Shown: one piece after another, positions 9,317 through 19,788 of the stretch
Numbering within the stretch: position 1 is the stretch's first letter
Layout: every line of letters begins with the position of its first letter
Source: a virus
Lineage: Duplodnaviria; Heunggongvirae; Uroviricota; Caudoviricetes
Strand: one strand, 5' to 3'
DNA length: 64,000 nt
IMG/VR virus record: IMGVR_UViG_3300025000_000058
Made by a program: the position numbers and the translations under genes
Notes under the pieces: generated by a model
Databases searched by the model: none
Told to the model about the DNA's origin: nothing
Seen by the model: the letters and a program-made list of their open reading frames with translations, nothing else

Positions 9317-9607
9317 TTAATTTATTTCGTATATTAAAGTATCAATATTTCTTTTAAATTCAATTTTAATAATGTTATACTTATTAAGTATATTCAATAA
9401 TTCTTTTTTAGTATAAAAACCATCAGAACATATTAAACAACGATAACCTTTTATAACATAAGTAATATAGGTAACTTTATAATTATTATAGTGTATAAGT
9501 AAGCTAAAATCATTTTTTATAACAGAATCAATACATTTTTTTAACAGTGGTGTTATTTCTGAAATATCTATCTTAATAATTTTTTTCTTTATTATAAACA
9601 CCTCCAT
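9317..9607 (-). CDS. Hypothetical protein; true start may be ATA at 9592
   Basis: The called ATG-GAG-GTG is itself the SD sequence (GGAGGTG). Confidence 0.6.
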   Translation of the reverse strand: MEVFIIKKKIIKIDISEITPLLKKCIDSVIKNDFSLLIHYNNYKVTYITYVIKGYRCLICSDGFYTKKELLNILNKYNIIKIEFKRNIDTLIYEIN

Positions 9608-9644
9608 GTTTTTTATTTATCATCTTAATTTGTTGCTTTTTATT

Positions 9645-9673
9645 ATTATACTATAATATTTTATCTTTGTCAA
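9645..9673 (-). promoter_or_regulatory. sigmaA promoter with AAAATATTA spacer motif
   Basis: TTGACA aagat AAAATATTA tag TATAAT. Confidence 0.8.
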
Positions 9674-9698
9674 TAGTATAATAATAAAAATATAACAA

Positions 9699-12600
9699 TT
9701 AATTATATTTATTTTTTATCTTTTTCTTTTCATATTTTTTCTTGTATTCTTCAAACCATTTAAAGTATTCTTTAACACCAAAGATTGTTAATGCATTATA
9801 TCTATATATTCCTTTTATAACAAGTGCCGTTCCTCTATTGAATAAATCCTTCTTTTCATTCCACAGTCCAAGTTTAATACGACACTTTAACATACCAGTT
9901 TTTGTCGAAATATATACATATTTCTTATCTGGTTTATCATCTTTATCCATATAACTACCAAATATTAACACTTCTTTTTCTCTTTCATTGCCTAGTTCTT
10001 CAACATTATGGACTTTTAATTTATAATCTTCATATAAATTATCAAATGGTGTTCCAGAAAGATAACAATTCATTGCATGAAATTCCCATTGATATTTATT
10101 GTAATCACTGTATATTTCAATTGCTTTTGCATAATCTTTTTTGCTAAGTGTTGCATAGTCATGTTTTTCAAAATCAAACATTTTTCTTTTATCTTTTTTA
10201 CCTGTTCGTGCTAATTCTATAAATTCCATTAATGTAGCGTATCTATCAGCATTATAAAAATCAAATGCCCCTGCTTTGATTAAGGATATTACAGCACGTT
10301 TATTAACATGATTAGGATTTGTTTTAGAACCTTTCCAACAATTCTTAGAATAAAAATCTTCTAAGTTTGAATATGGTCTATTCTCTTTAATTTGTTTTAC
10401 TGCATCATCACCAATATGGTTAAGGGGTTTTAAACCAAATATAATTTCATTGTTGTGAACAGTAAAGCCATAGTCAGCTTTATTTATATCAGGAGGTCTT
10501 AAAGTGCCACCTTTTTGATTAAATAGTGCAATTGCTTTAGCAAGTTTGCCATATTTGCTTGATTTATTATCTTCTCCTTCTTCATCGGTAGCACCTGCAT
10601 TTACATTCAAACAAGCACATTCCCATTCTAAAGAATGATAGTATTTAAATATAGCAGATTTAATTCCTTCAATGGTATATTCATCGGCATGTATATCGGA
10701 AAAACCATAACCTTTTAATGCTAGTATCATTTTCCAACAATAATCTAAAAATAATTTTCTTCTATTAAGTTTATTGCCTTGTTCATAAAAATCTTGTTCA
10801 ACTTCTTTTAGTAACTCAGGCTTCTTTTTTGCAATTGCCTTTCTTAACTTGTGTTGAAAAGGAATATTGAAACCTGCAACTTCTCTGCTTAAAACCATAA
10901 TATCTTCTTGTGTAATACAAATAAAATATTTTTCTCTTAAACATTGATCAATTAATTTAATTTCATCATCATTTAATCCTGCTTTACGCATTTCTTCAAA
11001 TGCAACATCAGGGTCTTCTTTATATCTAATATACTTATCAATCAATTGTTCACCATCATCATTCATTAAGCGTATTAAACTATTCCCTGCACTTAATTCT
11101 TTAACATTGTTAGGTTTTAATTTTTTTAATGCGTTCTTGCCAACTTCAGTTGCCCATTGGAATACTTCATCTGTATTACCAGGATGAAATATATATTTCC
11201 ATAAATTTTTATCTTTAAAGTTGATATTATCTGGATGAATAGAATCTTCATTTTTATATAATAAATTCAAACAATAATGTAATTTATCTTGTAATTCAGT
11301 GATTAAAAAATCATATTTTATACCACCGCGATACTCAGAATCACCCATATTTAATTGTGTTACAATTTGCCCTCCGCTAGTAGTCATTGAAGCATTATGT
11401 AACATGTAACTATCTGGAAAAATTAATTTACCACTTGCATGAGCACTTCTTTTATCTATAATACCGTTCAAATCAATAGCATATTCAAATAATTTAGGAT
11501 ACTGTTTCTGATAATTTTTTAATTCAGGAATTACATCCCAACCTTCATCTTCACTGCCATTTAGACAGTCTATTAAAGGTCTATTTTTTCCTCTGTCAAC
11601 AGGTATTAAAGAACTTATTTTTTCTGCTGTTTTAATAGGTATTCCTATTGCCCTTGAAACAGCGAGAATAGCTGATTTAGAAGATATAGTGCCAAATGTA
11701 CAAATATCAATTACTTTATCATTGCCAAAATATTCTTTTATTTTTATCCCAATAATACGTTTTTTGCCTTGCTCGCTATCAAAATCAACATCAGGAAAGT
11801 CAGGTCTATCTTCATGTATATATCTCCAATATGGCAAATTAAATTCTATAGCATCTATTTGTACAATATTCGTTAAATAACATGTTACAAATGCACCAAC
11901 AGAACCTCTACCACAACTAATTAAACTTCCACAAGCACGAATAATATCAAATATTGTTAATACTGTCAAGTGATATTTTGTATAAGATGCTTTAACAGAT
12001 TGTTTGCACAATTCAAATACTCTTAATTCTGTGTTAATCATTTCTAAATACTTATTGGCATTTGGTTTTAAATCAATAGATTTATCTATATATCCTTTTT
12101 CAATTAGGTATAACCAATATTGATCGTTTATATCTTCTGATTCTGCAAATAAATTGAAATAAGGGTATTTATCAGGATACTTATCATAATATTGTTTAAA
12201 AATACCTTGATATTTAAATTCGGGAATAATAATTTCTGGCATTAATACGTCATGCTTAATTTCATATTCTTCAACTCTATCAGCAATATCTAATGTATTT
12301 TTCATTGCTAATTCTGTTTCTTCTTTTCCTATTTGGGGATACATAATTTGTCTAATTTCATCAGAAGTCATTATGTAAGTATAGTCGTAAAAATCTTCTT
12401 GTTCTCTTTCATTAGATGGCTTAGATTTTAGCAGTATTCCATGTAATTCTTTATCTTCAGGACGTAAATAATGAGCATCTGTTGTCACAATTGTTTTTAA
12501 TCCAAAATGCTTTGCTAATATTTTTAATTTTTTGTTGACAGGAATTTGGTCAGGATGATTAGAAGCCTGATACTCAAGATAAAAATTATCTTTTCCAAAT

Positions 12601-13196
12601 ATATTAATAAATTTTTTTATTGTTAAAGTAATATTATTTTTTAATTCTTTGATATGATTATTAAATATATTTTTCTTTTCGATATCATCAACTTCCAAGG
12701 ATTTTATAGCATTTTCACAAAAAGTAATTTTAGTCAAATTTTTCTTTACAATTCCACCCAAACATGCTTCAGTGCATATTAAACCTTCACTATATTGTTT
12801 AAGTAAATTATAATCCAAACGAGGTCTGTAAAAAAATCCCTTTTCCCAACTAATAGAACTTAAAATCTGCAAATTTTTTAATCCTGTATTGTTTTTTGCT
12901 AATAATATTAAATGATCATATCTACTGTTATTATCTCTTATGCTTATATCATCGCATAAATATGGTTCTAAGCCAATTATAGGTTTAATACCATATTTAT
13001 TACACTCTTGATACAGTTTAACGTGTCCTGATAAGCTTACATGATCAGTTATTGCTACAGCCTTGAATCCCATTTCCTTACATTGGTTTACTAGTTTATC
13101 AACTTTAATTGTACTGTCTAACATTATTAGGTTGCTTCCAATATGTGTATGGCAATGCATTGGAACATAATCTTGTTGTTGACTATTATCAGACAA
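9699..13196 (-). CDS. dnaE: DNA polymerase III alpha subunit (PHP plus family C polymerase)
   Basis: HCHTH...S, AITDH, RGRGS-like CGRGSVG, PDVDFD, KYDFL and YGFSDIHA motifs; TTG start. Confidence 0.95.
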   Translation of the reverse strand: MSDNSQQQDYVPMHCHTHIGSNLIMLDSTIKVDKLVNQCKEMGFKAVAITDHVSLSGHVKLYQECNKYGIKPIIGLEPYLCDDISIRDNNSRYDHLILLAKNNTGLKNLQILSSISWEKGFFYRPRLDYNLLKQYSEGLICTEACLGGIVKKNLTKITFCENAIKSLEVDDIEKKNIFNNHIKELKNNITLTIKKFINIFGKDNFYLEYQASNHPDQIPVNKKLKILAKHFGLKTIVTTDAHYLRPEDKELHGILLKSKPSNEREQEDFYDYTYIMTSDEIRQIMYPQIGKEETELAMKNTLDIADRVEEYEIKHDVLMPEIIIPEFKYQGIFKQYYDKYPDKYPYFNLFAESEDINDQYWLYLIEKGYIDKSIDLKPNANKYLEMINTELRVFELCKQSVKASYTKYHLTVLTIFDIIRACGSLISCGRGSVGAFVTCYLTNIVQIDAIEFNLPYWRYIHEDRPDFPDVDFDSEQGKKRIIGIKIKEYFGNDKVIDICTFGTISSKSAILAVSRAIGIPIKTAEKISSLIPVDRGKNRPLIDCLNGSEDEGWDVIPELKNYQKQYPKLFEYAIDLNGIIDKRSAHASGKLIFPDSYMLHNASMTTSGGQIVTQLNMGDSEYRGGIKYDFLITELQDKLHYCLNLLYKNEDSIHPDNINFKDKNLWKYIFHPGNTDEVFQWATEVGKNALKKLKPNNVKELSAGNSLIRLMNDDGEQLIDKYIRYKEDPDVAFEEMRKAGLNDDEIKLIDQCLREKYFICITQEDIMVLSREVAGFNIPFQHKLRKAIAKKKPELLKEVEQDFYEQGNKLNRRKLFLDYCWKMILALKGYGFSDIHADEYTIEGIKSAIFKYYHSLEWECACLNVNAGATDEEGEDNKSSKYGKLAKAIALFNQKGGTLRPPDINKADYGFTVHNNEIIFGLKPLNHIGDDAVKQIKENRPYSNLEDFYSKNCWKGSKTNPNHVNKRAVISLIKAGAFDFYNADRYATLMEFIELARTGKKDKRKMFDFEKHDYATLSKKDYAKAIEIYSDYNKYQWEFHAMNCYLSGTPFDNLYEDYKLKVHNVEELGNEREKEVLIFGSYMDKDDKPDKKYVYISTKTGMLKCRIKLGLWNEKKDLFNRGTALVIKGIYRYNALTIFGVKEYFKWFEEYKKKYEKKKIKNKYN

Positions 13197-13226
13197 TTAA
13201 TTGTCACCACTTTCTTTTACAAAATC

Positions 13227-14093
13227 TTATTCATTTCCTTTATACCTGTATTCCCCTTGATAAAATATTTCTGCATCTTTTCTAGCTTTTTTAGCATCTT
13301 CAATATCTATAAAATGTCCTAATCTATATTTTATGCCTTTATGTGTTAATTCAGCATACCACTTATTTCTATTCTTGTCCCAATACACACCTTTAAAATT
13401 AGATTTACTTCCTTTGCGATTTGCTTGATTCATTTGATTTTGTTGTTTTGTTACTAATCTTAAATTAGATTTTCTATTATCTAAAGTATTTAAATTAATA
13501 TGGTCAACTAATTTACTTTTGGGAGCTTCTAGTATATACCTATGTAATAATACTCTTGAATTTCCTATATCAGTTCTCACATATCCATTACCATCTATAC
13601 CCCATTTGTATTTACTGCATTTATCTATATCTTCTAAATCTATTAATGTTTTTACTATAAGATTTCCATTTTTATCATACAAAAATATTTCTGCACATGT
13701 TTGATATTTTACTATTTCATTTTTATCTTTTTGACTTCTTTGATTATTATCTATAAATTTTCCTAATTCTACTAATTGTTTATAATGTCTCTTGCATAAA
13801 TTTATTCCATATTTTTTACTATGTACAAATTTACCTTCTGTTGCTCCACAATGATCACATATATTTTCTCTTACAAATTCTTTATATATAATATTTTTGT
13901 CATATCCTTTATGTAGACAACCACATGATTTAATACTTCCAGATTTTAAAGCATCTTGTCTTATATCTTTTATTGTTTTATTATCACAACTACATTGACA
14001 TGTCCAATATTTTGCGTTATTTTTACCTTTTTTACCTGCATACGCAATAACAGTTAATCTGTTAAATGTTTTATCAATTAAACTATCTACCAA
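13227..14093 (-). CDS. Freestanding HNH endonuclease with AP2 DNA-binding domain
   Basis: LLHRYIL...VDHINLNTLDNRKSNLR (HNH) and SNFKGVYWDKNRNKWYAEL...LGHF (AP2). Confidence 0.9.
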   Translation of the reverse strand: MVDSLIDKTFNRLTVIAYAGKKGKNNAKYWTCQCSCDNKTIKDIRQDALKSGSIKSCGCLHKGYDKNIIYKEFVRENICDHCGATEGKFVHSKKYGINLCKRHYKQLVELGKFIDNNQRSQKDKNEIVKYQTCAEIFLYDKNGNLIVKTLIDLEDIDKCSKYKWGIDGNGYVRTDIGNSRVLLHRYILEAPKSKLVDHINLNTLDNRKSNLRLVTKQQNQMNQANRKGSKSNFKGVYWDKNRNKWYAELTHKGIKYRLGHFIDIEDAKKARKDAEIFYQGEYRYKGNE

Positions 14094-14211
14094 AATACAA
14101 TAATCCTCCTTAATATAGTATTTTAAATTTATTAATCTCTTTTATAAATATAAATTTATGGATAGACCTATTCAGCCTATCCATAATTAATTAAATATAC
14201 ATCTTTCCTTT

Positions 14212-14862
14212 TTATTGATATACAACATTTTTACTTATTTCGCTTTTTAATTTGTCCATTATTTTATTACTTAAATTCTTAACATCAGCTTCCATCTTTT
14301 TCATACTATCATTATGTTTCTTTTTTAAATCTTTAATATCATATTCCATTCCAACTAAATAATTTGCTAACTTATCTCCATCAGACATTTCATCATAATG
14401 TAACTTAATCATATCGCCAGCATCATTGTAATCTTTAATAAAGATTACTAAATCATTCTTTGAAATCTTGTCTTCAAACCATTCCATTCTTATATTATTT
14501 CTTATGCAAGCACATGGTATTTCAAGTGTATATTTAATGTCTTTAAGATCATCCACATTCTGCATTAAACCTTTTGCAATTAATTTACAATCAATTGTTT
14601 TAACTTGTCTATTAAAAATAATTGTTGTAGTATTCTCTACTTTACCTCTTAACATTCTCTCATAGTCATTTGTATGAGTAATTTCATGTTTGTGTAAAAA
14701 TTTTAATATTTCTAAATCAAGTAATGCATTTTTAACAACTAAACATGTAGCATCTTTATTTTGTATAAGTTCACCATATTTTAAAGTATTTAAATTTGCA
14801 ATTAAACTGCCATTAGCATCAAAAATTATTAAATCAAAAATACTAAACATACCAATTTTCAT
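14212..14862 (-). CDS. Hypothetical protein (216 aa)
   Basis: SD GGAGGG; C-terminal coiled coil. Confidence 0.65.
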   Translation of the reverse strand: MKIGMFSIFDLIIFDANGSLIANLNTLKYGELIQNKDATCLVVKNALLDLEILKFLHKHEITHTNDYERMLRGKVENTTTIIFNRQVKTIDCKLIAKGLMQNVDDLKDIKYTLEIPCACIRNNIRMEWFEDKISKNDLVIFIKDYNDAGDMIKLHYDEMSDGDKLANYLVGMEYDIKDLKKKHNDSMKKMEADVKNLSNKIMDKLKSEISKNVVYQ

Positions 14863-14889
14863 AGTTATATAGTCCCTCCCTTTTAATAA

Positions 14890-15720
14890 CTAAATTGCAA
14901 TTGGAATATTCTTAATTTGTTTACCATGCTGATAATTTGTTAAATAAAAATCTACAACTTCAAAATCATAAAAATTCTTTATTGATGAATTAGTATGCAA
15001 TATTGGAGCATCAAATGACCTTCTTTGAATTAATTCTTCTACCAAAGGGGTATGCCTGTCATATATATGTGCATCTGCAATAACATGAACTAATTCACCA
15101 ACTTCAAGATTATTTACTTGTGCGAACATGTGAAGTAAAATAGAATATTGAACAACATTCCAGTTATTTGCGGCTAAAACATCTTGCGATCTTTGGTTTA
15201 ATACTGCATTTAATTTATTACCTGCAACATTGAAAGTCATACTATAAGCACAAGGATATAAATTCATCGCATGTAAATCTTCAAAATTATATAAATTAGT
15301 CATAATTCTTCTGCTATAAGGATTATTCTTTAAATCATACAATACCCTATCAACTTGGTCAAAATATCCTTCAGGATATTTGTGTTTAATACTTAATTGA
15401 AAACCATACGCTTTTCCTATTGAACCATTACTATCTGTCCAACTATCCCATATTTTACTGTTTAAGTCTTTGATATTATTAGATTTCTTTTGAAAAATCC
15501 ATAGTATTTCATCAATACATGCTTTTAAATTTGTTGGTCTTAAAGTTAAAATGGGAAATTCTTTTGATAAATCATATCTATTAACAACACCAAATTTCTT
15601 AATTGTATGAGCTGGTGTTCCATCTTCCCATTTTGCTCTTACAGTCTGCCCTTCTGAAGATATACCATTTTTCAGTATATCTTCACACATTTTTATAAAA
15701 ATCCCATCTGCTTTGCTCAA
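14890..15720 (-). CDS. thyA: Thymidylate synthase
   Basis: SRRIM, LYPC, NQRSQD, NWNVVQY and AHIYDRH motifs. Confidence 0.95.
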   Translation of the reverse strand: MSKADGIFIKMCEDILKNGISSEGQTVRAKWEDGTPAHTIKKFGVVNRYDLSKEFPILTLRPTNLKACIDEILWIFQKKSNNIKDLNSKIWDSWTDSNGSIGKAYGFQLSIKHKYPEGYFDQVDRVLYDLKNNPYSRRIMTNLYNFEDLHAMNLYPCAYSMTFNVAGNKLNAVLNQRSQDVLAANNWNVVQYSILLHMFAQVNNLEVGELVHVIADAHIYDRHTPLVEELIQRRSFDAPILHTNSSIKNFYDFEVVDFYLTNYQHGKQIKNIPIAI

Positions 15721-15731
15721 AAAAATACCTC

Positions 15732-16205
15732 CTATAATTCTTCTATTGGCATATAAACACCAGCATGTTCATATCTTCTAAATAAATGATTTTTATATTT
15801 TAACCAACATCCAAGATAATTAACTTCATTAATCCATATTAAATTAGTATTACAATTTGGACAATTGTAATTATGATAATCTTTTCTTATAATATGAATT
15901 ACTTTACAACATCTACATTTTAATTTAAGGTATACAGCATTTTCCCTGGTGTATACCTTTCTATTAATTTTAAGACTTCTTTTTGTTGGTGAATTAAATT
16001 TAATATCATGTTTGGGAAGATTACTTGTCCCTTTATTTAGAAATAGATTTTTATATCTTATTATTGTTTGTCTATTTACACCAAGTTCATCAGCAACTTG
16101 TTGTTGTGTTTTTGTTTTTAATTGTTTAAGCAACCATTCTTTATTACTATAAAGATGCTTGCTTGGATGCTCTTTTTTGCTTGATTTAGCTTTTTTTTTA
16201 CTCAT
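15732..16205 (-). CDS. HTH plus zinc-ribbon protein
   Basis: TQQQVADELGVNRQTI (HTH); CRCC and CPNC motifs. Confidence 0.7.
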   Translation of the reverse strand: MSKKKAKSSKKEHPSKHLYSNKEWLLKQLKTKTQQQVADELGVNRQTIIRYKNLFLNKGTSNLPKHDIKFNSPTKRSLKINRKVYTRENAVYLKLKCRCCKVIHIIRKDYHNYNCPNCNTNLIWINEVNYLGCWLKYKNHLFRRYEHAGVYMPIEEL

Positions 16206-16824
16206 ATTTTTGTAAATCCACTAATTCAACAACATCAGATTTTTCACCAATAATATAATCAATAATACCTAACTCTTTTGCTTGTTTTGCATACATAAAG
16301 AATTCACTACCATATTTATCATCATATAATTCTTCAGTATATTTTGTATTATCTAATATGAATTTTTTAATTCTATCTTCCATTTCATTATAGAAATTCA
16401 TTGTTTCTTTTACTTTCTTAGTAGAACCACCAATTCCCAAACTTCCATCATGGATTAATATGCTAGTAAATTCATATGCAAATCTTTTATGTCCAGCAAT
16501 TAATACCAATCCACCCATTGAGTATGCTTTCCCCAGTGCAATTGTATATACTGGTGTTAAGGATTGTTGTATTACATTGCATAATACAAGTCCAACATCA
16601 ATATCTCCACCATTAGTATTAATATAAATTTTAATGGGCTTACGTTTTTCAGGAATAATGTTTTCATCTTCTTTATTAATTCTTAATATTTGCATAATAC
16701 ATGTTTCAATAATCATATCATCAACAACAGTATTAAGTATAATTTCTCTTTCCTTTAAATGCTCTAAAAATACCTTTTCATCAAATCCTTGAGCTTCATA
16801 AACCACTTTTGATAGATTTTCCAT
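16198..16824 (-). CDS. clpP: ClpP-like protease subunit
   Basis: IYINTNGG, AYSMGG (catalytic Ser), LIHDG (His), AKELGIID. Confidence 0.85.
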   Translation of the reverse strand: MENLSKVVYEAQGFDEKVFLEHLKEREIILNTVVDDMIIETCIMQILRINKEDENIIPEKRKPIKIYINTNGGDIDVGLVLCNVIQQSLTPVYTIALGKAYSMGGLVLIAGHKRFAYEFTSILIHDGSLGIGGSTKKVKETMNFYNEMEDRIKKFILDNTKYTEELYDDKYGSEFFMYAKQAKELGIIDYIIGEKSDVVELVDLQKYE

Positions 16825-17247
16825 GTTAATAATTCCCTCCTTATTTTATCTCTGCTATTTTGGGTATAAATAATTGCTTCTCGATTTATTTTAAAATTAT
16901 TGTTTTTATATAGATTATATTTATTTATATCTTTTTGTTTAAGAACTCTGATTAATCTTCTTGATAATTTTTGCATATTATATTCTCCTTTACATATTAA
17001 TATTGTTATAGTTTAAGTTTATTTAATATTTTAAATTTTCTATTAGATTAATAAACTAATTTATAATCTAATTCAGGATTGATTCTAACTCTATTATCTT
17101 TTCCTCTACATCTACCTTTTCTCTTTCCATATACAATTTTATTTGATTCAATTTTTTGTTTATTGCCACTTTTAATTTTACTAATAACTGCATTAGTTTT
17201 CATGATCGCACTCCTCCGTTAATTTTTATTATTTGCTCACTACATTA

Positions 17248-17276
17248 ATTATACACTAATATTTTATATTTGTCAA
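17248..17276 (-). promoter_or_regulatory. sigmaA promoter with AAAATATTA spacer motif
   Basis: TTGACA aatat AAAATATTA gtg TATAAT. Confidence 0.8.
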
Positions 17277-17285
17277 GATAAATTA

Positions 17286-18593
17286 TTATTCATCATTCCT
17301 TGCTTCATCTTCTTCCATATCAATAACATCATCTGCTTTAATAATGCCTTCTAACAATTTAAACATGAAGCTTTTGTGTTTAAGTGCTGTAAACTTTTCT
17401 CGATCTTCTATTCTTACAACAATCCCTTCTCTGATGTGATTTTTACCAATAGGATCAGTATCATCAACATATCTATTAACTCTTTCTATTAAATCATTAA
17501 CTGTAGTAAATATGAATTTATCAAATACTGGTACAAACTTTACACCCATTTGTTCACATCTAATTTGAGTATATTTTGTTGAATACTCTACTACTCTGCC
17601 ATCTTCATCAGTTTTAGTCATTCTATATACATAAATATCATTTTGTCCTACTCCACATCCATACGTAAATCTTGTAGTTTCTCCATATAATTTAATAAAT
17701 TCTTTATCTTTTGTTTTCTTATTATTGCATTCAGGCATAATAGTTGTATTCTCATTTACATATCCTACAATTTCATAATAAATAGTTTCGCCTTTATGGA
17801 GTTTATCAATAAAAAAATCATGCCATTCTTTTCTGAAATTATCATTGCCATAAAATCCATTATTATAATTTTTTAATATTGCTCTTCTTGTTCCCGAAAT
17901 ATAATCCCATGATTTCTTATTAGATATTTTTATATTTACTTTTTGTAATATTTTATACAACCAATAAGGTAATAATTTTTTCTTTTCTTTAACAGTATGA
18001 CTCGATCTGCCAGATGTCCCATGAAGCTTTAAAGTAATATAACACAAATCACCTTCTTTAAATTGCCCTGTATTATAAGCAAGCTGTGAAGTATCTCTAT
18101 GCTCTTCAAAGAAAGGATAAGATATAGTTTCAATTTTCTTCTTTTTCTTCTCTTTAGGTGTACCTTCTGACCTATTTCTATTATTTCCTTTTGGAATATA
18201 TTTTTCACATATTAATACTCCATTAAGAATAGAAATTGTATCTCCTTCTTTTAAAGTATTAATATCAGTAAACTTCTCTAAACTTTTTATTGGCATTAAT
18301 AAACCATCAGATTTTTCTTTTCTTAATTTGATTGTAGTTACATGGCATTTTGATTCATCCATGTAACCACCAATATTATTTCCTTGTTCATCTTTTACTC
18401 TAAGTAGTTTGTTTTCTCTACAATATTCTACATTAAGACGACCATCTGTAGGAAAATAAATCATTAAATCATTTTCTTTAACATCTAATCCTACAATAAC
18501 ATCATTACCAAATACAGTAGCAACTTGAAGTCTATCAGCATTAGAATGTGGCTTGAGAATTTTAATTTTTACAATATATGCATTATAACTCAT
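17286..18593 (-). CDS. RNA ligase (DRB0094/Rnl2-type) with N-terminal OB-like domain
   Basis: PHSNADRLQVA N-terminus; motif I TLKLHGTS, motif IV REGIVVR, motif V ALKHKS. Confidence 0.85.
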   Translation of the reverse strand: MSYNAYIVKIKILKPHSNADRLQVATVFGNDVIVGLDVKENDLMIYFPTDGRLNVEYCRENKLLRVKDEQGNNIGGYMDESKCHVTTIKLRKEKSDGLLMPIKSLEKFTDINTLKEGDTISILNGVLICEKYIPKGNNRNRSEGTPKEKKKKKIETISYPFFEEHRDTSQLAYNTGQFKEGDLCYITLKLHGTSGRSSHTVKEKKKLLPYWLYKILQKVNIKISNKKSWDYISGTRRAILKNYNNGFYGNDNFRKEWHDFFIDKLHKGETIYYEIVGYVNENTTIMPECNNKKTKDKEFIKLYGETTRFTYGCGVGQNDIYVYRMTKTDEDGRVVEYSTKYTQIRCEQMGVKFVPVFDKFIFTTVNDLIERVNRYVDDTDPIGKNHIREGIVVRIEDREKFTALKHKSFMFKLLEGIIKADDVIDMEEDEARNDE

Positions 18594-18629
18594 GTTTATA
18601 TTCCCCCCTCTATTATTTTTTATATTATA

Positions 18630-19409
18630 CTAAATATTTAAACAAGTACCACATTCACTACAGATTACATGATTACCAAATGTTTGATTTACTGTTCCAC
18701 AAGTATCACATATAACATCTTTTACATTTGATTGTTCATCAAATCCTTTTAATTGGAGTGCAATAATAGTTGTTTTGTTTTCCAGTTCATTAACACTGTC
18801 ATAAGTAAATGATTGTTTAGATACAGAACCATTAACTGTAATTCCTTCATCTGACTTTAAAGATACATTATCAGAAACATTACAACAGTTCATAGTCATT
18901 CTTGTTATGCCTTTTGATCTGGTTTCTCCAAGTGTGCATTGAGACTGATTATTAACATCATATCTAATATGTGGATACTCAACAGGTCTAGCAGAAGTTG
19001 GTGGTATCCAAGATGATGTATAATGTGGATATCCAAAATTATTGATATGTGGTATATCTATTTCTTTTTCTAATTGAAATGTAACTTTCAAAATACCATC
19101 TTCTATATTGTCACCACGATATTCTTGTATTTTTTTTGTTTTATTAATAAATTTAAATTTATTACCACTATTTAGGTCATTATTTAAAAATCTTTCTAAC
19201 ATTAATTCTTTATTCGCCTCAATAATTAATCTTCTGCCATTTAAAACATCTTTTCCATCAAGCGAAATAGAAATTACAGCTTTTCTATTGTTCAAATTTT
19301 TAAGGATTATTGAGTATTCAGATGAAAAAGGTATTTGTATTTCATTACCAATCTCATTTAATATTTTATTATTAGATTTAAGTTTTACAATAAAATTATT
19401 CTTTAACAT
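18630..19409 (-). CDS. Hypothetical protein with C-terminal zinc ribbon
   Basis: SD present; CDTC and CSEC motifs at the C-terminus. Confidence 0.65.
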   Translation of the reverse strand: MLKNNFIVKLKSNNKILNEIGNEIQIPFSSEYSIILKNLNNRKAVISISLDGKDVLNGRRLIIEANKELMLERFLNNDLNSGNKFKFINKTKKIQEYRGDNIEDGILKVTFQLEKEIDIPHINNFGYPHYTSSWIPPTSARPVEYPHIRYDVNNQSQCTLGETRSKGITRMTMNCCNVSDNVSLKSDEGITVNGSVSKQSFTYDSVNELENKTTIIALQLKGFDEQSNVKDVICDTCGTVNQTFGNHVICSECGTCLNI

Positions 19410-19427
19410 ATGATATAATCTCTCCTT

Positions 19428-19776
19428 TTATCTTTTAATTAATTGACTCTCAAATCTATTATGTGGAATATATTGTTTGATTAATCTAATACCATATTCA
19501 CATTCTATTTTGTCAGTACAAGTAAATATATCAATCCAACATGTTTTAATTTCAGGAAATGTATGAATTGATATATGAGATTCAGCTAAAACAATATATT
19601 ATTGTCAATCCTTGTGGATTAAATTTAACTGAATCATATTTTACAACTGTTGCATTTATATTGTGTGCAACAGATAATAAAATATGTTTTATCATAACAT
19701 CATCTTCTAAAAAATCAACTGACACACCTTCAAGTTTTATTAATGCATGTTTTGGATTTATATTGTTTATGTTCAT
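19428..19776 (-). pseudogene. speD: S-adenosylmethionine decarboxylase proenzyme (SpeD/SpeH family), split by a +1 frameshift
   Basis: Frame 0 reads KFNPQGLTIIYCFS-TGA. The +1 frame continues VLAESHISIHTFPE...WIDIFTC to TAA at 19428. The joined product is 115 aa. Confidence 0.85.
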
Positions 19777-19788
19777 TATTGTTCTCCT

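Noticed and set aside
9699-13196. Possible intein or intron in dnaE next to the HNH gene
   Set aside because: DnaE is continuous and of normal length with no splicing motifs; the HNH gene is freestanding.
14890-15720. thyA as a base-hypermodifying hydroxymethylase
   Set aside because: Motifs are canonical, including the dUMP-specifying Asn, and no glycosyl- or amino-transferase partner is seen.
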